The notes under the pieces are model-generated. The model did not search any database. It saw nothing but the letters and a program-made list of their open reading frames with translations, and was not told the DNA's origin. The position numbers and the translations under genes were made by a program. DNA of 64,000 nt from a virus, in the IMG/VR virus record IMGVR_UViG_3300049489_000283, positions 27,550 to 91,549 of that record. One strand, written 5' to 3'. Below are positions 20,633-30,080 of this stretch, one piece after another. Numbering within the stretch: position 1 is the first letter of the stretch; the number at the start of each line of letters is the position of its first letter.

Positions 20633-20997
20633 TGGACATCGAGAACCTCACCTACGAGTGCTATCGCTGCGGCGCGATGGCGATGAATTGCATGTGCGAG
20701 ACTGGACCCATGAAGCGAGTTGGCGTCGGGGACGCGGTCGCTGAGCAGATTCCAATGATCGTCAAAAGGGTGATGTTCCCGAACGGCGACTGCGGGTGCG
20801 AGGATCTGGCCAAGGAAATGAACGAGGCTGGTCCAGACGGCGTGGAGGCGAACATGGACCACTACGTCGCTCAGATAGCCAGCAAGGGTCCAGCGCTAAC
20901 CATGCCGCTTAACCAGATGGTGGCTGCGAACTGGATACAGAACGCGATCGGGATGGCCAGATGCGAACCATGTGCAAAAGGTGCGGAGCAGCAGTAG
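20629..20997 (+). CDS. Small Cys-rich protein
   Basis: CYRC, CMC, CGC and CEPC; 'GVGDAVA...CGCEDLAKEMN'. Confidence 0.6.
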   Translation: MMDIENLTYECYRCGAMAMNCMCETGPMKRVGVGDAVAEQIPMIVKRVMFPNGDCGCEDLAKEMNEAGPDGVEANMDHYVAQIASKGPALTMPLNQMVAANWIQNAIGMARCEPCAKGAEQQ

Positions 20998-21197
20998 ACC
21001 GGCTACCGTGTCCTCGCTGCGAAGAGCAGGAGGAGAAGGTTCTTTGTTTCCTGGAGATTTGCCGGGAGAATACTTGCCTTGCCCATGAACGCGAAGGGCC
21101 AAAAGATCGCTGCCTGAAGCTCGCTAACCCGTGCCAGCTTGTCCATCTGCTCGGCGGCAGTTGGCGGTGTCCGCTGGGTTTACACGACTACATCTGA
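20961..21197 (+). CDS. Small Cys-rich (zinc-ribbon-like) protein
   Basis: CKRC...CPRC...C-terminal CPLG. Confidence 0.55.
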   Translation: MRTMCKRCGAAVDRLPCPRCEEQEEKVLCFLEICRENTCLAHEREGPKDRCLKLANPCQLVHLLGGSWRCPLGLHDYI

Positions 21198-21212
21198 CCG
21201 AGGGACTCAATC

Positions 21213-23405
21213 GTGCCAATTTCCGTTCTGAATCGAGCCGGGTATTACGACTACGGCAACGGCCTCGATCTCGCCAATCCATCTCCGTTCAACTACGGGG
21301 ACAGCGATGGAGGCATCGACAACGAACAGTGCGTGATGGAGTTCGACATCAATCCGAAGGCGATTGATACGTCCGTTCCAGTCACGATAAAGTTCAGGCA
21401 TCAGGGTGGTTACGTTGGAACCAAGAAGCTCCGTCGATGGAAGAACGCCTTCCCGACTGACTTCGCCACGATGACTTCGACGACGGCGCTCGATAGTGCG
21501 ACGAACGAACTGACGTTCACGGAGTCTGCCGCAGAGTCTGTGGTCACTCTGGACATCAAGAACCTTGTTGCCGACATGGCGACAAACAACCAGCCAAAGG
21601 TGATTCTTGGTATCCCGGAAGGCGCGGTGGTCGCTGGGGCTTCGATCTACAACGACGCTGGTCGCAAGCCAACCCTGACCTACACGCTGAAAAGCGTTGC
21701 CCCGGACCATGGCTGGTCGCCATCTATCGACTTCGCCTCAAATCCAGCTCTGAACGACCTGATCGGCTCCGCTGATCTCACCGCCACAAGCATAACAAGG
21801 ACCGCCGACAACACGCTCGGAGGCAGGTGGTACTGGTCGTTTAATGGGCTTACATCGAAACTCGAAGGAGATGTTGATCAGTCGCTGTTTGCCGGGTCGT
21901 CGGCGAAGTTTAGCGGGGCGGCGTGGATCTACAGGCCGTCCGGCAGTATCTACTCAATCATGAATTCCTATACCTCTTCCGGCAACCTCCGGCAGTGGTA
22001 CTTCCAAACGACGACAGGGAACCAGATCTACCTTTTGGTTGCGGATGCAACTCAGACGAACTGGTACACGTTTCAGTCGAACACGACGGCGCTGGTCAGC
22101 AATACGTGGTATCACGTTGCGTTCTCATATGATGCTTCGTTGAGCGGATCGGCCCGAGGGAAACTTTGGATCAATGGCATTAGCCAAGCGATCACCTTTA
22201 ATTCGAGCGGTGTCCCAACGATCGCAAATGTCGCTGCGCAGTTCACTATCGGGATGAGAGATGGAGCGAATCCCTTCAATGGTCGAATGGACTCCATGTT
22301 TCTGTTCATGGATCACGTTCTGACGGAAAGCGAGGTTGTCATGCTGGCGTCCAGCAGGCAGGCTGGGCATAAGTGGCTCGGGGACAATTTCGAGTCGTAC
22401 TCGGGAGGAGCGTCAGCGAGTACGTTTTATGGCTGGTCAACTGGGTCTGATTCTCCACTGGTCACCCTGGAGACCACGAATCGCTGCGGGATCTATACCA
22501 ATTCATCCAGCTCAACCAATGCCTGGATGGAACGCATTGCGGAGTTGACTGGCGAAATCGATTACGACTGGATGGCGGACACGTCCGGAGAGACCGTGTA
22601 CGTCTCCGTCAATGGGTCGGTGGTGAATACTCACACCAATGGAGGCGCTGGGACACTGACAGCAGCGTCGGTTAGTGTGACTGCCGGTGACTTGGTTCGG
22701 TTCGCGTTTACGACCACGAGCAATGACGCCGCGATCGACAACATCAACTTCACTGACGCCCCAAGCGCGTTTGATCTGTTTGTCAACAACGCAGACGTTC
22801 CCGTGGTGATCGACGGGTTCAAGGTCTCGGTGAATCTGACTGTCAATGGAGAGGACGTTCCGGTCCACGTTGGCGCAGGAAGCATGTGGGTTGAGACGTT
22901 CCCTGTGAATGGCATTGACATCCCTGTCGAGATCACTGCTGGGGTGCTTTCGACGAACAGGGTTCTGACGGTGTTCGGAATTGACGTGCCGATCACGATC
23001 TTCGGTCAGGTTGGTGCCAACTTGAGCCTGACGGTGAACGGGGTTGCTGTCCCCGTGGTTTTTGACAGCGTCCAGGTGATCGGGAATAACCGCCTGAACG
23101 TCAACAACATTGACGTGCCGGTGACGGTTGAGCAAGTCAACATGCCGTTTAACCTGTACGTCAATGGGGTCGATGTCCCGATCACCATCTCCGGGCAGGT
23201 TTTGCGGTCAAACGATCTGCAAGTCAATGGCTTGGATGTGCCGATCACGATCGGTCAGGTTCCTGTGGGAATCGAGCTGAGGGTTGATAATGTCCAGATT
23301 CCTGTAGAGATTGATGGCGTTAGGGTAACCAAAGGGGTCGTCGATCTTCTCGACCTGTTCGGTGACTCGCTGTTCAACGATGAATTGGTTGACACGATTT
23401 TTTAG
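21213..23405 (+). CDS. LamG / concanavalin A-like tail fibre or adhesin with C-terminal beta repeats
   Basis: 'NTWYHVAFSYD...KLWING...FTIG...FNGRMD'; about ten VNGxDVPxxI repeats in the last ~200 aa. Confidence 0.75.
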   Translation: MPISVLNRAGYYDYGNGLDLANPSPFNYGDSDGGIDNEQCVMEFDINPKAIDTSVPVTIKFRHQGGYVGTKKLRRWKNAFPTDFATMTSTTALDSATNELTFTESAAESVVTLDIKNLVADMATNNQPKVILGIPEGAVVAGASIYNDAGRKPTLTYTLKSVAPDHGWSPSIDFASNPALNDLIGSADLTATSITRTADNTLGGRWYWSFNGLTSKLEGDVDQSLFAGSSAKFSGAAWIYRPSGSIYSIMNSYTSSGNLRQWYFQTTTGNQIYLLVADATQTNWYTFQSNTTALVSNTWYHVAFSYDASLSGSARGKLWINGISQAITFNSSGVPTIANVAAQFTIGMRDGANPFNGRMDSMFLFMDHVLTESEVVMLASSRQAGHKWLGDNFESYSGGASASTFYGWSTGSDSPLVTLETTNRCGIYTNSSSSTNAWMERIAELTGEIDYDWMADTSGETVYVSVNGSVVNTHTNGGAGTLTAASVSVTAGDLVRFAFTTTSNDAAIDNINFTDAPSAFDLFVNNADVPVVIDGFKVSVNLTVNGEDVPVHVGAGSMWVETFPVNGIDIPVEITAGVLSTNRVLTVFGIDVPITIFGQVGANLSLTVNGVAVPVVFDSVQVIGNNRLNVNNIDVPVTVEQVNMPFNLYVNGVDVPITISGQVLRSNDLQVNGLDVPITIGQVPVGIELRVDNVQIPVEIDGVRVTKGVVDLLDLFGDSLFNDELVDTIF

Positions 23406-23414
23406 GATTCACGG

Positions 23415-23822
23415 ATGGCTTACTTCGTATCCCAAGACGTTCGCAATGAAGCGCTTCAGTTCATCAAGGATGAGACTGACCAGATGGTCGTCCTCCAGGG
23501 TGCTCCGGCGAACTACACGGAGGCGAGTACGGCGCTCGGCACCGGCAGCGGCAAGAAGATGGCCCAGGTGACGCTGGTGTCAGGCGACTTCACTCTGGCA
23601 GACAGCGTGGACGGTGGCCGCAAGGTGACGGTCGCGGCCAAGAACAACGTCACGATCGATGTGGGCGGCAATGCGGACCATATTGCTTGGCTGGACACGT
23701 CCAACAGCCGGATCATCGCCTACACGCAGCTCACGGTCACCCAGAGCGGCCTGATTGCCGCCAACACGGTCAACATCCCGGCACATGCTGTGACCCTGAA
23801 GGTCGCGGTCGTCGCTACCTAA
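23415..23822 (+). CDS. Phage structural hypothetical protein
   Basis: 135 aa beta-rich; 'GGRKVTVAAKNNVTI...GNADHIA'. Confidence 0.6.
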   Translation: MAYFVSQDVRNEALQFIKDETDQMVVLQGAPANYTEASTALGTGSGKKMAQVTLVSGDFTLADSVDGGRKVTVAAKNNVTIDVGGNADHIAWLDTSNSRIIAYTQLTVTQSGLIAANTVNIPAHAVTLKVAVVAT

Positions 23823-23839
23823 GATCCAGAGAACCACCG

Positions 23840-24730
23840 GTGCCAATTCAACTCGATCGTCTGGCGACGAATTTCCGGGCTCGTGTGCGTCTGCTCGATG
23901 CGGGCCGCAATCCGGTCACTGGGATTGCGTGGAACGCCGCCGGGATTCAGGTTCAGGTGCTATCAGAGGCGGGGACTGGGTTTGCCAACCAGACGCTCTT
24001 CAGCGGAACGGTTGGAACCTACCTGTCCAACTCGTGGGCTGAGATTGGCGACGGATGGTATCAATACTGCCTCCCCAATAGCTACATCGTCCCGGACACC
24101 CAGGTGCTGATCCGCGCGAGAGGCGTGGGCACAGATCCATGGTGCTACGGGGTCGTGATGATGACCGGGGCCAAGGATCTGATCATGGGTCAGAAAACTC
24201 CGGCAGACAACACAGTCGGCGGTCAGCTCGACAAGATCGTCTCGGATTCGATCGATACGGAGTTCACTGGTCCATCGAACGCGACCCGTCAGTTCCCGAC
24301 AGCGACCACGTTTGCAGAGGATGCGGACGAGGTGTTGTACGCCGGATCGGACTGGATCATGACGTTCAAGGACGTTGGAGAGGTGACGATCACCGACAAG
24401 ATCGAGTTCGCGGTCAAGTCGGATCTGGAGGACACGGACGACGAGTCGGTGCTGACGATCAAGCTCGATATGTCAACGCAGATCGCCACAGTGACTCGCC
24501 TGAACTCCGCGCTGGTCAACTACGTCTCAGGGGTCGCGATGAGTTACCGCGACTACCTGGACCCCGACGACAGCCTTTGGAAGAAGGAGGTGATGGTCTT
24601 CATTCGGGACTCGATCACTTCCGAGATCTCTCCGGCGACTTACCACCGTGGGCTCAAGGTGGTCGGGAACAGCCGCGTGCTGTCTCAGGACACAATCGAG
24701 GTCAAACGGCCAGTAGTCCGCTCGTTCTGA
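23840..24730 (+). CDS. Virion-associated hypothetical protein
   Basis: Probable GTG start; 'AGRNPVTG...EIGDGWYQY'. Confidence 0.6.
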   Translation: MPIQLDRLATNFRARVRLLDAGRNPVTGIAWNAAGIQVQVLSEAGTGFANQTLFSGTVGTYLSNSWAEIGDGWYQYCLPNSYIVPDTQVLIRARGVGTDPWCYGVVMMTGAKDLIMGQKTPADNTVGGQLDKIVSDSIDTEFTGPSNATRQFPTATTFAEDADEVLYAGSDWIMTFKDVGEVTITDKIEFAVKSDLEDTDDESVLTIKLDMSTQIATVTRLNSALVNYVSGVAMSYRDYLDPDDSLWKKEVMVFIRDSITSEISPATYHRGLKVVGNSRVLSQDTIEVKRPVVRSF

Positions 24731-24743
24731 TCGGAGCCATGGA

Positions 24744-25256
24744 ATGGCGATGATTCTTGCTCTCTTGCTTGCGCTGGGCGGCGATCGCTCCGGCGCACCG
24801 GCTGAGGATTTTGTTGATCTCATCGAGGTCAACGTCGTCTGCAATGAGTACGGGAACCCCGTGCTTGCCCAATTGATTTTCTGGGACTGGAGCAAGACCA
24901 GAGACACGTTCGTGGTGGTGGATTTCCAGATGCTGAGCAACGTCTGAGACATGAGCGACCAGGAGGACAAGAGAGCGTTCGAGGAGCGTCGTGAAGAGTA
25001 CCTGAAGGCTCACAAAGAGATGGACCGGATTGACCTGCGAGCGTCGAAGGCGATGGAGTACAGGGGCAAGCTGGATCTCGGTCGTCACCAGCCGATTCTA
25101 GTGAACGGGCTTTGGCGAGTCTCGTTTAACGACGGCGATGTGCTTCGGATCGTGAAAGCCAGGTCGATGCGAGAGACGTGGACGGTTTCCGATCCAGAGC
25201 GGCTAAACCGTAGGGTACTTCGAGAGGATCGCCGACGTGGGCTGAGCGACCGTTGA
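24744..25256 (+). pseudogene. Single exported-protein gene interrupted by an in-frame TGA at 24945-24947 (or read-through)
   Basis: ORFs 24744-24947 and 24951-25256 are in the same frame, separated only by TGA GAC; 'VDLIEVN...QLIFWDW' and 'RETWT..DPER.NR..L....RRGL' look like two halves of one protein. Confidence 0.55.
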
Positions 25257-25320
25257 AATCGGACTGAGCAGCGAATCGAATCCCTGATGTTCAAACAACA
25301 CTTGAATTCAGGGAAGAGAA

Positions 25321-25695
25321 ATGGCTTTCACGGTACGAGTCACCAAGGGTGCATCTGAAGGAACCACTTCAATTTCGAGCACGGTGGACCATACGGTCGA
25401 GACCGTGACGAAGATGCAAGAGGTGTTCGCCGACGGCGTCACCAACGGGCAGGTGCTGGTCGCGATCGACGTGAGCCAGCTCAAGGCTTTCGCGATGGTT
25501 AGCAATGTGGCGCTGACCGTCAAAACGAACAGCTCCGGTTCTCCCCAGGAAACATTCGCGCTGGTAGCCAACAAGCCGGTGGTGTGGCAAGAAGGCGAGG
25601 CAGCCATCTTTGCTGGTGACGTGACTCAGATCTTCGTTACGAACGCCAGCGGCTCGTCGGCTACCCTCCAGGTCATGATCGGCTTGAACGCCTAG
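25321..25695 (+). CDS. Small beta-rich structural / decoration-like protein
   Basis: 124-aa ORF with RBS. Confidence 0.6.
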   Translation: MAFTVRVTKGASEGTTSISSTVDHTVETVTKMQEVFADGVTNGQVLVAIDVSQLKAFAMVSNVALTVKTNSSGSPQETFALVANKPVVWQEGEAAIFAGDVTQIFVTNASGSSATLQVMIGLNA

Positions 25696-25801
25696 TCAAT
25701 GCTGGCGATCGCCATCTCACGATGGCTCTTTGCTCACGAATCGCCAGCGGGGCGTCTCCACTGGCTTCTTGGTTTTTGTGGTCCCAGGAGTTGCATCCAA
25801 A

Positions 25802-26353
25802 ATGCGTTCGATCCGAAGTTTCGTTGTTGGCTTGTTCTTGCTTGCTACATCGAGCCTAGCCGTTGGTCAGGGGCCGCTCTGCCCTCAGTCGGAGTCAGAA
25901 CGGCAGTCAATGGCGGTCGCGAAGAACGTAGCGATTACTGCTAGCAATTACGCGATCGCTCAGGCGATTGCAACGACGCCGAAAATGAACGAAGTGTATG
26001 GGCTTTTGGCGCAGGCTTCCGCCTGTCCAGGCATCAACTCGGCAGATCTGAATTTTCCGTTCTACGACATGGGAACCATACAGAGTCTGTGGGATGAGGC
26101 AAACGATGACATGGACGCCGGGAGCGACGATCTGGGGGCTGGCCAAATAGATGAGTCAGCCGGGAATCAGGCGAGATTGAACGGCGACTGCGGCACAGCA
26201 ACGGTGAAATTCTACGACGCGAGGATGGACTACCAGAAAGCGAAGCTGCATTACAACAACGCCTACAACAAGCGAGTGGGCGTAGAAAAGTCGCTAGCGG
26301 AGCTGAAGCTCAGGCTGCTCCTTCTTCTCGATCAAGGCGGCTGCGGAGCCTGA
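25802..26353 (+). CDS. Secreted helical Cys-containing protein (paralog A)
   Basis: Signal peptide MRSIRSFVVGLFLLATSSLAVG; similar to the next gene. Confidence 0.7.
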   Translation: MRSIRSFVVGLFLLATSSLAVGQGPLCPQSESERQSMAVAKNVAITASNYAIAQAIATTPKMNEVYGLLAQASACPGINSADLNFPFYDMGTIQSLWDEANDDMDAGSDDLGAGQIDESAGNQARLNGDCGTATVKFYDARMDYQKAKLHYNNAYNKRVGVEKSLAELKLRLLLLLDQGGCGA

Positions 26354-26449
26354 TCTGAACTCGATCCAGAACCTCATGCAGAAGCTGCATGAGGACGAGT
26401 TCGTTTAACAGTCGTTGTTTTGGTTCTGCGTACTTTCGAGAGAGAGACT

Positions 26450-27010
26450 ATGAAGAGTTGGGTTTTGTGCTTGTGCGCGTTGGCTGTCGGTGTGTTTGTT
26501 TGCCTACCGGCCCAGAAAGCTAGTGCTCAAGGCTGCTACATTACCGAGCAGTGGAAACAGCAAGCGTGGCAGGCGATGGACCAAGTGGAGCAACTCAAGA
26601 ACGCGACGAGTGCCGCCGCTGCTGAGTGTAACACGCTTCGGTCACAGGTCATGATACTGCTCAACCGAGCGGGCGGCTGTCCTGCCCTCGCTGGCAACAT
26701 GGCAGGATATGAAGCAGATCTAGCCGCCGCCGATCAGGATGACTCTGATGCGGAGGCTTACTATATCGCTGGAGCCACACCGCGAGCGGCTGCCATCGCT
26801 CACTACGACTCGGGACTTGCATGGTATTACGGCTGGAATAGGTCACCCAGTTGCCCGCTCGCGACCGCTGAGTTTCAGGCCTGCGTCAGTGACGCCAATG
26901 CTGCGGCGATCCATTACACGAACGCTAAGAACAAGCAGCTAGCTTGCAAAGGCAAGCTCCAGGCATTGAAGCTCTTGCTCGAAACGGCGTTGCAGTGGTC
27001 CAACTGCTAG
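26450..27010 (+). CDS. Secreted helical Cys-containing protein (paralog B)
   Basis: Signal peptide ending ASA-Q; shares A(S/G)xCP, CxxATxxF, HYxNAxNK and LKLxL...C with paralog A. Confidence 0.7.
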   Translation: MKSWVLCLCALAVGVFVCLPAQKASAQGCYITEQWKQQAWQAMDQVEQLKNATSAAAAECNTLRSQVMILLNRAGGCPALAGNMAGYEADLAAADQDDSDAEAYYIAGATPRAAAIAHYDSGLAWYYGWNRSPSCPLATAEFQACVSDANAAAIHYTNAKNKQLACKGKLQALKLLLETALQWSNC

Positions 27011-27028
27011 CGATGCCATAAAATAGCG

Positions 27029-27060
27029 AAGCCCGCTGGAGAGTATCCAGCGGGTTTTTT
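27029..27060 (+). terminator. Rho-independent terminator
   Basis: aagcccgctgga-gagta-tccagcgggtt followed by a T run. Confidence 0.85.
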
Positions 27061-27077
27061 ACTTCACGAGGATTGTC

Positions 27078-27266
27078 ATGAGAGTTTTTAATTCCGTCCA
27101 GTTGACAGCGATGTTTGCTGGGTTTCCGTTCCTGCTGAATTGGCTTGGCAGTGCCGAATTTAAGCTAGCTGAAGTCGGATTCTATGTCGGCTGTTTGGCC
27201 TACGTTTGGATGTTCGGCGCGATGTCAAGCATCGTTTACGATCAGCTTGGAAAAGAACAGAACTAG
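27078..27266 (+). CDS. Small two-TM membrane protein
   Basis: 62 aa, two hydrophobic segments, GAGGA RBS. Confidence 0.55.
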   Translation: MRVFNSVQLTAMFAGFPFLLNWLGSAEFKLAEVGFYVGCLAYVWMFGAMSSIVYDQLGKEQN

Positions 27267-27652
27267 ACCGCGTGGATCTTGCCGTCGTCACCGACATAGA
27301 GATCCACGTTTCCCCAAGACTTGCAGGCTTCGGTGAGCCGCTCACCAGCCTCATCTGGCCAGTCTCCGTCCCAAAAGCCAGCGCCATGGCCGTTCCTGGT
27401 AAGCCAAAAGTCATGGGCAGCCATCTCTAGGCAGCGGCTCAGATCGCTGGAGTACGTTTCGATGTCTTTCATGTTGTCGAGCATGAAGGCTCGGCAGTCA
27501 GCGAGCATGACTTTGAGCGTATCTGGGTGGATGTCGTCAGGGCCGTAGAGGCTGTCGAGTGGAGTATCGTCGGAGTCGCAGGACGACCACAGGGCCGTCT
27601 CGATGTAGGAGCGAAGGAACGTCTCGGTGGAGTGGGATAGCTTGGTGGACAT
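27263..27652 (-). CDS. Conserved phage/MGE hypothetical protein
   Basis: 'YIETALWSS...HDFWLTRNGHGAGFWD', recognised as a recurrent MGE small-protein family. Confidence 0.75.
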   Translation of the reverse strand: MSTKLSHSTETFLRSYIETALWSSCDSDDTPLDSLYGPDDIHPDTLKVMLADCRAFMLDNMKDIETYSSDLSRCLEMAAHDFWLTRNGHGAGFWDGDWPDEAGERLTEACKSWGNVDLYVGDDGKIHAV

Positions 27653-27675
27653 GGCTTGTTGGCTCTCCGGGGTGG

Positions 27676-28005
27676 TTAGACGTAGTTGGGCATGTTGTGG
27701 ATCAGCGACACAGTAGATCCGCCAAAACTGTTGATCAGGTCAGCGATCGCCACGGCCTTGTCTCTGTCTTTCCGCAGTCCATCGATGTTGACATCCATGA
27801 GCTTGATGAAAGCGTATCGCTCCCACCGTGATCTCTCGTAATTCCAGCGAGCCACTTCGCAGTAGCAGGACTCCGAACCGGAAAACTCGGCGCGAGCCAG
27901 GATCGATCCGCGATCCATATTTGCCAGCAACAAAAGTTCTTCCAGTGTGATGGTGTGTCCGTGTCCGTACAGCGTGAGGATTTGGTTTTCGATGATTCTT
28001 GACAT
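27676..28005 (-). CDS. Hypothetical protein
   Basis: ORF in the co-oriented small-gene array. Confidence 0.6.
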   Translation of the reverse strand: MSRIIENQILTLYGHGHTITLEELLLLANMDRGSILARAEFSGSESCYCEVARWNYERSRWERYAFIKLMDVNIDGLRKDRDKAVAIADLINSFGGSTVSLIHNMPNYV

Positions 28006-28016
28006 GAGGAGATCCC

Positions 28017-28298
28017 TTAGACGTAGTGAGGCAGTTTGCGGACAAAGCTGTCACGGTGGCGGTTGACGTGCGACACGATCTTGAATCGATCGCGGTTCTC
28101 GGAATATCCGATCGCGTTCAGGAACCGAGGAGCATCGCAGTCCTCTTCCAGATAGGCGAACTTGCCGTCGCGCGAGCGGTACGAGTAGCCAGTGATCTGG
28201 TTGTCGATCTTTGCGGCCACGAGGTCGGCCACGGCGACCTTCAGCCAGCCGTGACCAGGGTCTGAGTAGAAAGCGTAAGACTTGACTTTGGCGGACAT
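28017..28298 (-). CDS. Conserved phage/MGE hypothetical protein
   Basis: 'SDPGHGWLKV...AYLEEDCDA'; AACGGGAG RBS. Confidence 0.75.
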   Translation of the reverse strand: MSAKVKSYAFYSDPGHGWLKVAVADLVAAKIDNQITGYSYRSRDGKFAYLEEDCDAPRFLNAIGYSENRDRFKIVSHVNRHRDSFVRKLPHYV

Positions 28299-28365
28299 TT
28301 GTGACTCCCGTTGTGGTTTGCTGAAATGGGCGACTGAGTTGCGGTCAGTCATTCCCACAATAGAA

Positions 28366-28394
28366 CAGGCCCAGATCCAGTTGGATCAGGGCGC
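28366..28394 (-). promoter_or_regulatory. GCGCCC-N18-GCC promoter-like motif
   Basis: Reverse complement: gcgccc tgatccaactggatctgg gcctg. Confidence 0.75.
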
Positions 28395-28400
28395 TGATTC

Positions 28401-28940
28401 TCAGAAGGATTTTGCACAGACCGGGCCGAGCCCACGAGCGACTGACTCCGGGTCTTCCAGTGGGCGACCGCACTTGGCGCAGGTGCCAGTGATGTCGCCG
28501 AATTCCTTCATCCGGGCCGCCGGGTTGGCCGCGATCGCGTTGGCGATCTCTTCTCCCAGGTTGTCCGGTCTTGAGATCCGTCCGTCAGGTCGAACCATCA
28601 GGAGCGTCTTGCGATCGTTGTACTCCGACCCGGTCGCGAAGAAGGTCCATTCGGCCCACTTGCCTTCCTTGGGGCGAGAGACCTTGTAACGCTTGCCCTT
28701 GTAGCCGTAGGAGGCGACAGGGACTTCGTTCAGCGGGATCGGCTTGATCCACAGGGTCTCGATCTCGCCATCCAGGGCGTTGATCAGCGAGACCGCCTTT
28801 ACTCGGTCCTTGTATTCCTTCCATAGCTTGCGGGCCAGCGCCAGCGCGTCGTCGCGGCTGTTGAGGACAGCGTCTGATTCGATGGGCGACGCGCCTTCCA
28901 GGGCGATGTCAACGATCCAGTTGGTGGTTGCGGTTGTCAT
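28401..28940 (-). CDS. DUF6011-like zinc-finger protein
   Basis: C-terminal 'CAKCGRPLEDPESVARGLGPVC'. Confidence 0.8.
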   Translation of the reverse strand: MTTATTNWIVDIALEGASPIESDAVLNSRDDALALARKLWKEYKDRVKAVSLINALDGEIETLWIKPIPLNEVPVASYGYKGKRYKVSRPKEGKWAEWTFFATGSEYNDRKTLLMVRPDGRISRPDNLGEEIANAIAANPAARMKEFGDITGTCAKCGRPLEDPESVARGLGPVCAKSF

Positions 28941-28945
28941 GTTTG

Positions 28946-29230
28946 TTACTCCCATCCGTATTCCGAAGAAACTGAGTCCATGATCTCTTCCAGCGTGCTG
29001 CCGGTGATGACTTCACGGGGAGAGCCGTATCGCCAGACCTCAGCGCGAAACAGATCGTTCGAAAACCAGACCATCGCGTAAAAGTTCCATCCCGTGTATT
29101 CCGAGAACACTTCACCAGCACGATCGCGGAGCGAGTCGGCCAGCCCAGGAGCGATCGAATGATCGAAGTTCGTCATGCCGACGCCAAGCGACTCCATCGA
29201 CGTGTTGATTTCTGATTTCATGCTTGTCAC
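28946..29230 (-). CDS. Hypothetical protein
   Basis: ORF in the array; start uncertain. Confidence 0.6.
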   Translation of the reverse strand: MTSMKSEINTSMESLGVGMTNFDHSIAPGLADSLRDRAGEVFSEYTGWNFYAMVWFSNDLFRAEVWRYGSPREVITGSTLEEIMDSVSSEYGWE

Positions 29231-29292
29231 CGCTTTGTTGGTTGGAAAGAAGAAAGATGCCGCTCGTTTCGGGGAGCGGCGACCCGTGGACG

Positions 29293-29478
29293 CTAAAGCG
29301 AAATTCCTTCCGCTTTGAGCATCCGACGCAACAGACCTTCCAAGATCTTGGCCTTGTAATCCATCTGGGACACGATCCGGTATCCGGTCGGTCGCAGGCG
29401 GTTGGCTCGTTCCTTGAGTTCGGCGACTTCCCTGGCCAGCTTGATCACTCGTTCAGACGCTTCAGGTGCTTTGGACAT
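29293..29478 (-). CDS. Small hypothetical protein
   Basis: ATG downstream of a GGGAG RBS and the promoter motif. Confidence 0.5.
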   Translation of the reverse strand: MSKAPEASERVIKLAREVAELKERANRLRPTGYRIVSQMDYKAKILEGLLRRMLKAEGISL

Positions 29479-29544
29479 CAGAGACTCCCATTTTTGCTTG
29501 AGGATTGCTGGGAGGAGCTTTGCGTGCTCCTCCCCACAATTAAA

Positions 29545-29573
29545 CAGGCTCAGTCCCGGCGGAAACCGGGCGC
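29545..29573 (-). promoter_or_regulatory. GCGCCC-N18-GCC promoter-like motif
   Basis: Reverse complement: gcgccc ggtttccgccgggactga gcctg. Confidence 0.75.
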
Positions 29574-29601
29574 GCAATCCGAAAGTTTTTTTCGGACTGC
29601 G

Positions 29602-30048
29602 TTACTTTGCCGAATCGAACCCGACGTATCGGGCGTAGCTGTATCCCTGTGGATCGACGTACAGGGTCGATTTCCCTACGCACTGGACAGCGATGACCAG
29701 CGAGTAAGACCCAGACTTCCAGGCTGCTTTCTCGACATCGGAGAGGTCGAAGTAGCTCTTGTCGCCAACGTCATAGGTCGAGTCGGTGCCACCCTTGCCA
29801 GAGAGCCACGGCTGGTCGTCCAGCAGGTTGTTAGCGAATTCGTCATACAGCTTGGCGTCCAGTTCCACCACTTCGGTCACTCTGACGCGACTGACGTGGT
29901 AGTTGTCTGGATTGGCCAACTGGGACTCGTAGTCACCGATGAAGTCCTGTTTGTTGAGCCGAGGAAACCGAACCCCATCGACGAAGACGGGGAACTGTAG
30001 GACGACCGGCTTGACCTTGTTTAGCTTGCTCAGTTTATTCACTTTCAT
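29602..30048 (-). CDS. Conserved MGE hypothetical protein (DUF6329-like)
   Basis: 'YDEFANNLLDDQPWL..GGTDS...YVDPQGYSYARYVG'. Confidence 0.7.
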   Translation of the reverse strand: MKVNKLSKLNKVKPVVLQFPVFVDGVRFPRLNKQDFIGDYESQLANPDNYHVSRVRVTEVVELDAKLYDEFANNLLDDQPWLSGKGGTDSTYDVGDKSYFDLSDVEKAAWKSGSYSLVIAVQCVGKSTLYVDPQGYSYARYVGFDSAK

Positions 30049-30080
30049 CTCCCGAGTTTGACTGCTTGCTTGCCCCTCTA

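Noticed and set aside
24945-24947. Genome-wide TGA recoding
   Set aside because: Many well-defined genes end in TGA with ATGA/GTGA coupling; only this one case looks interrupted.
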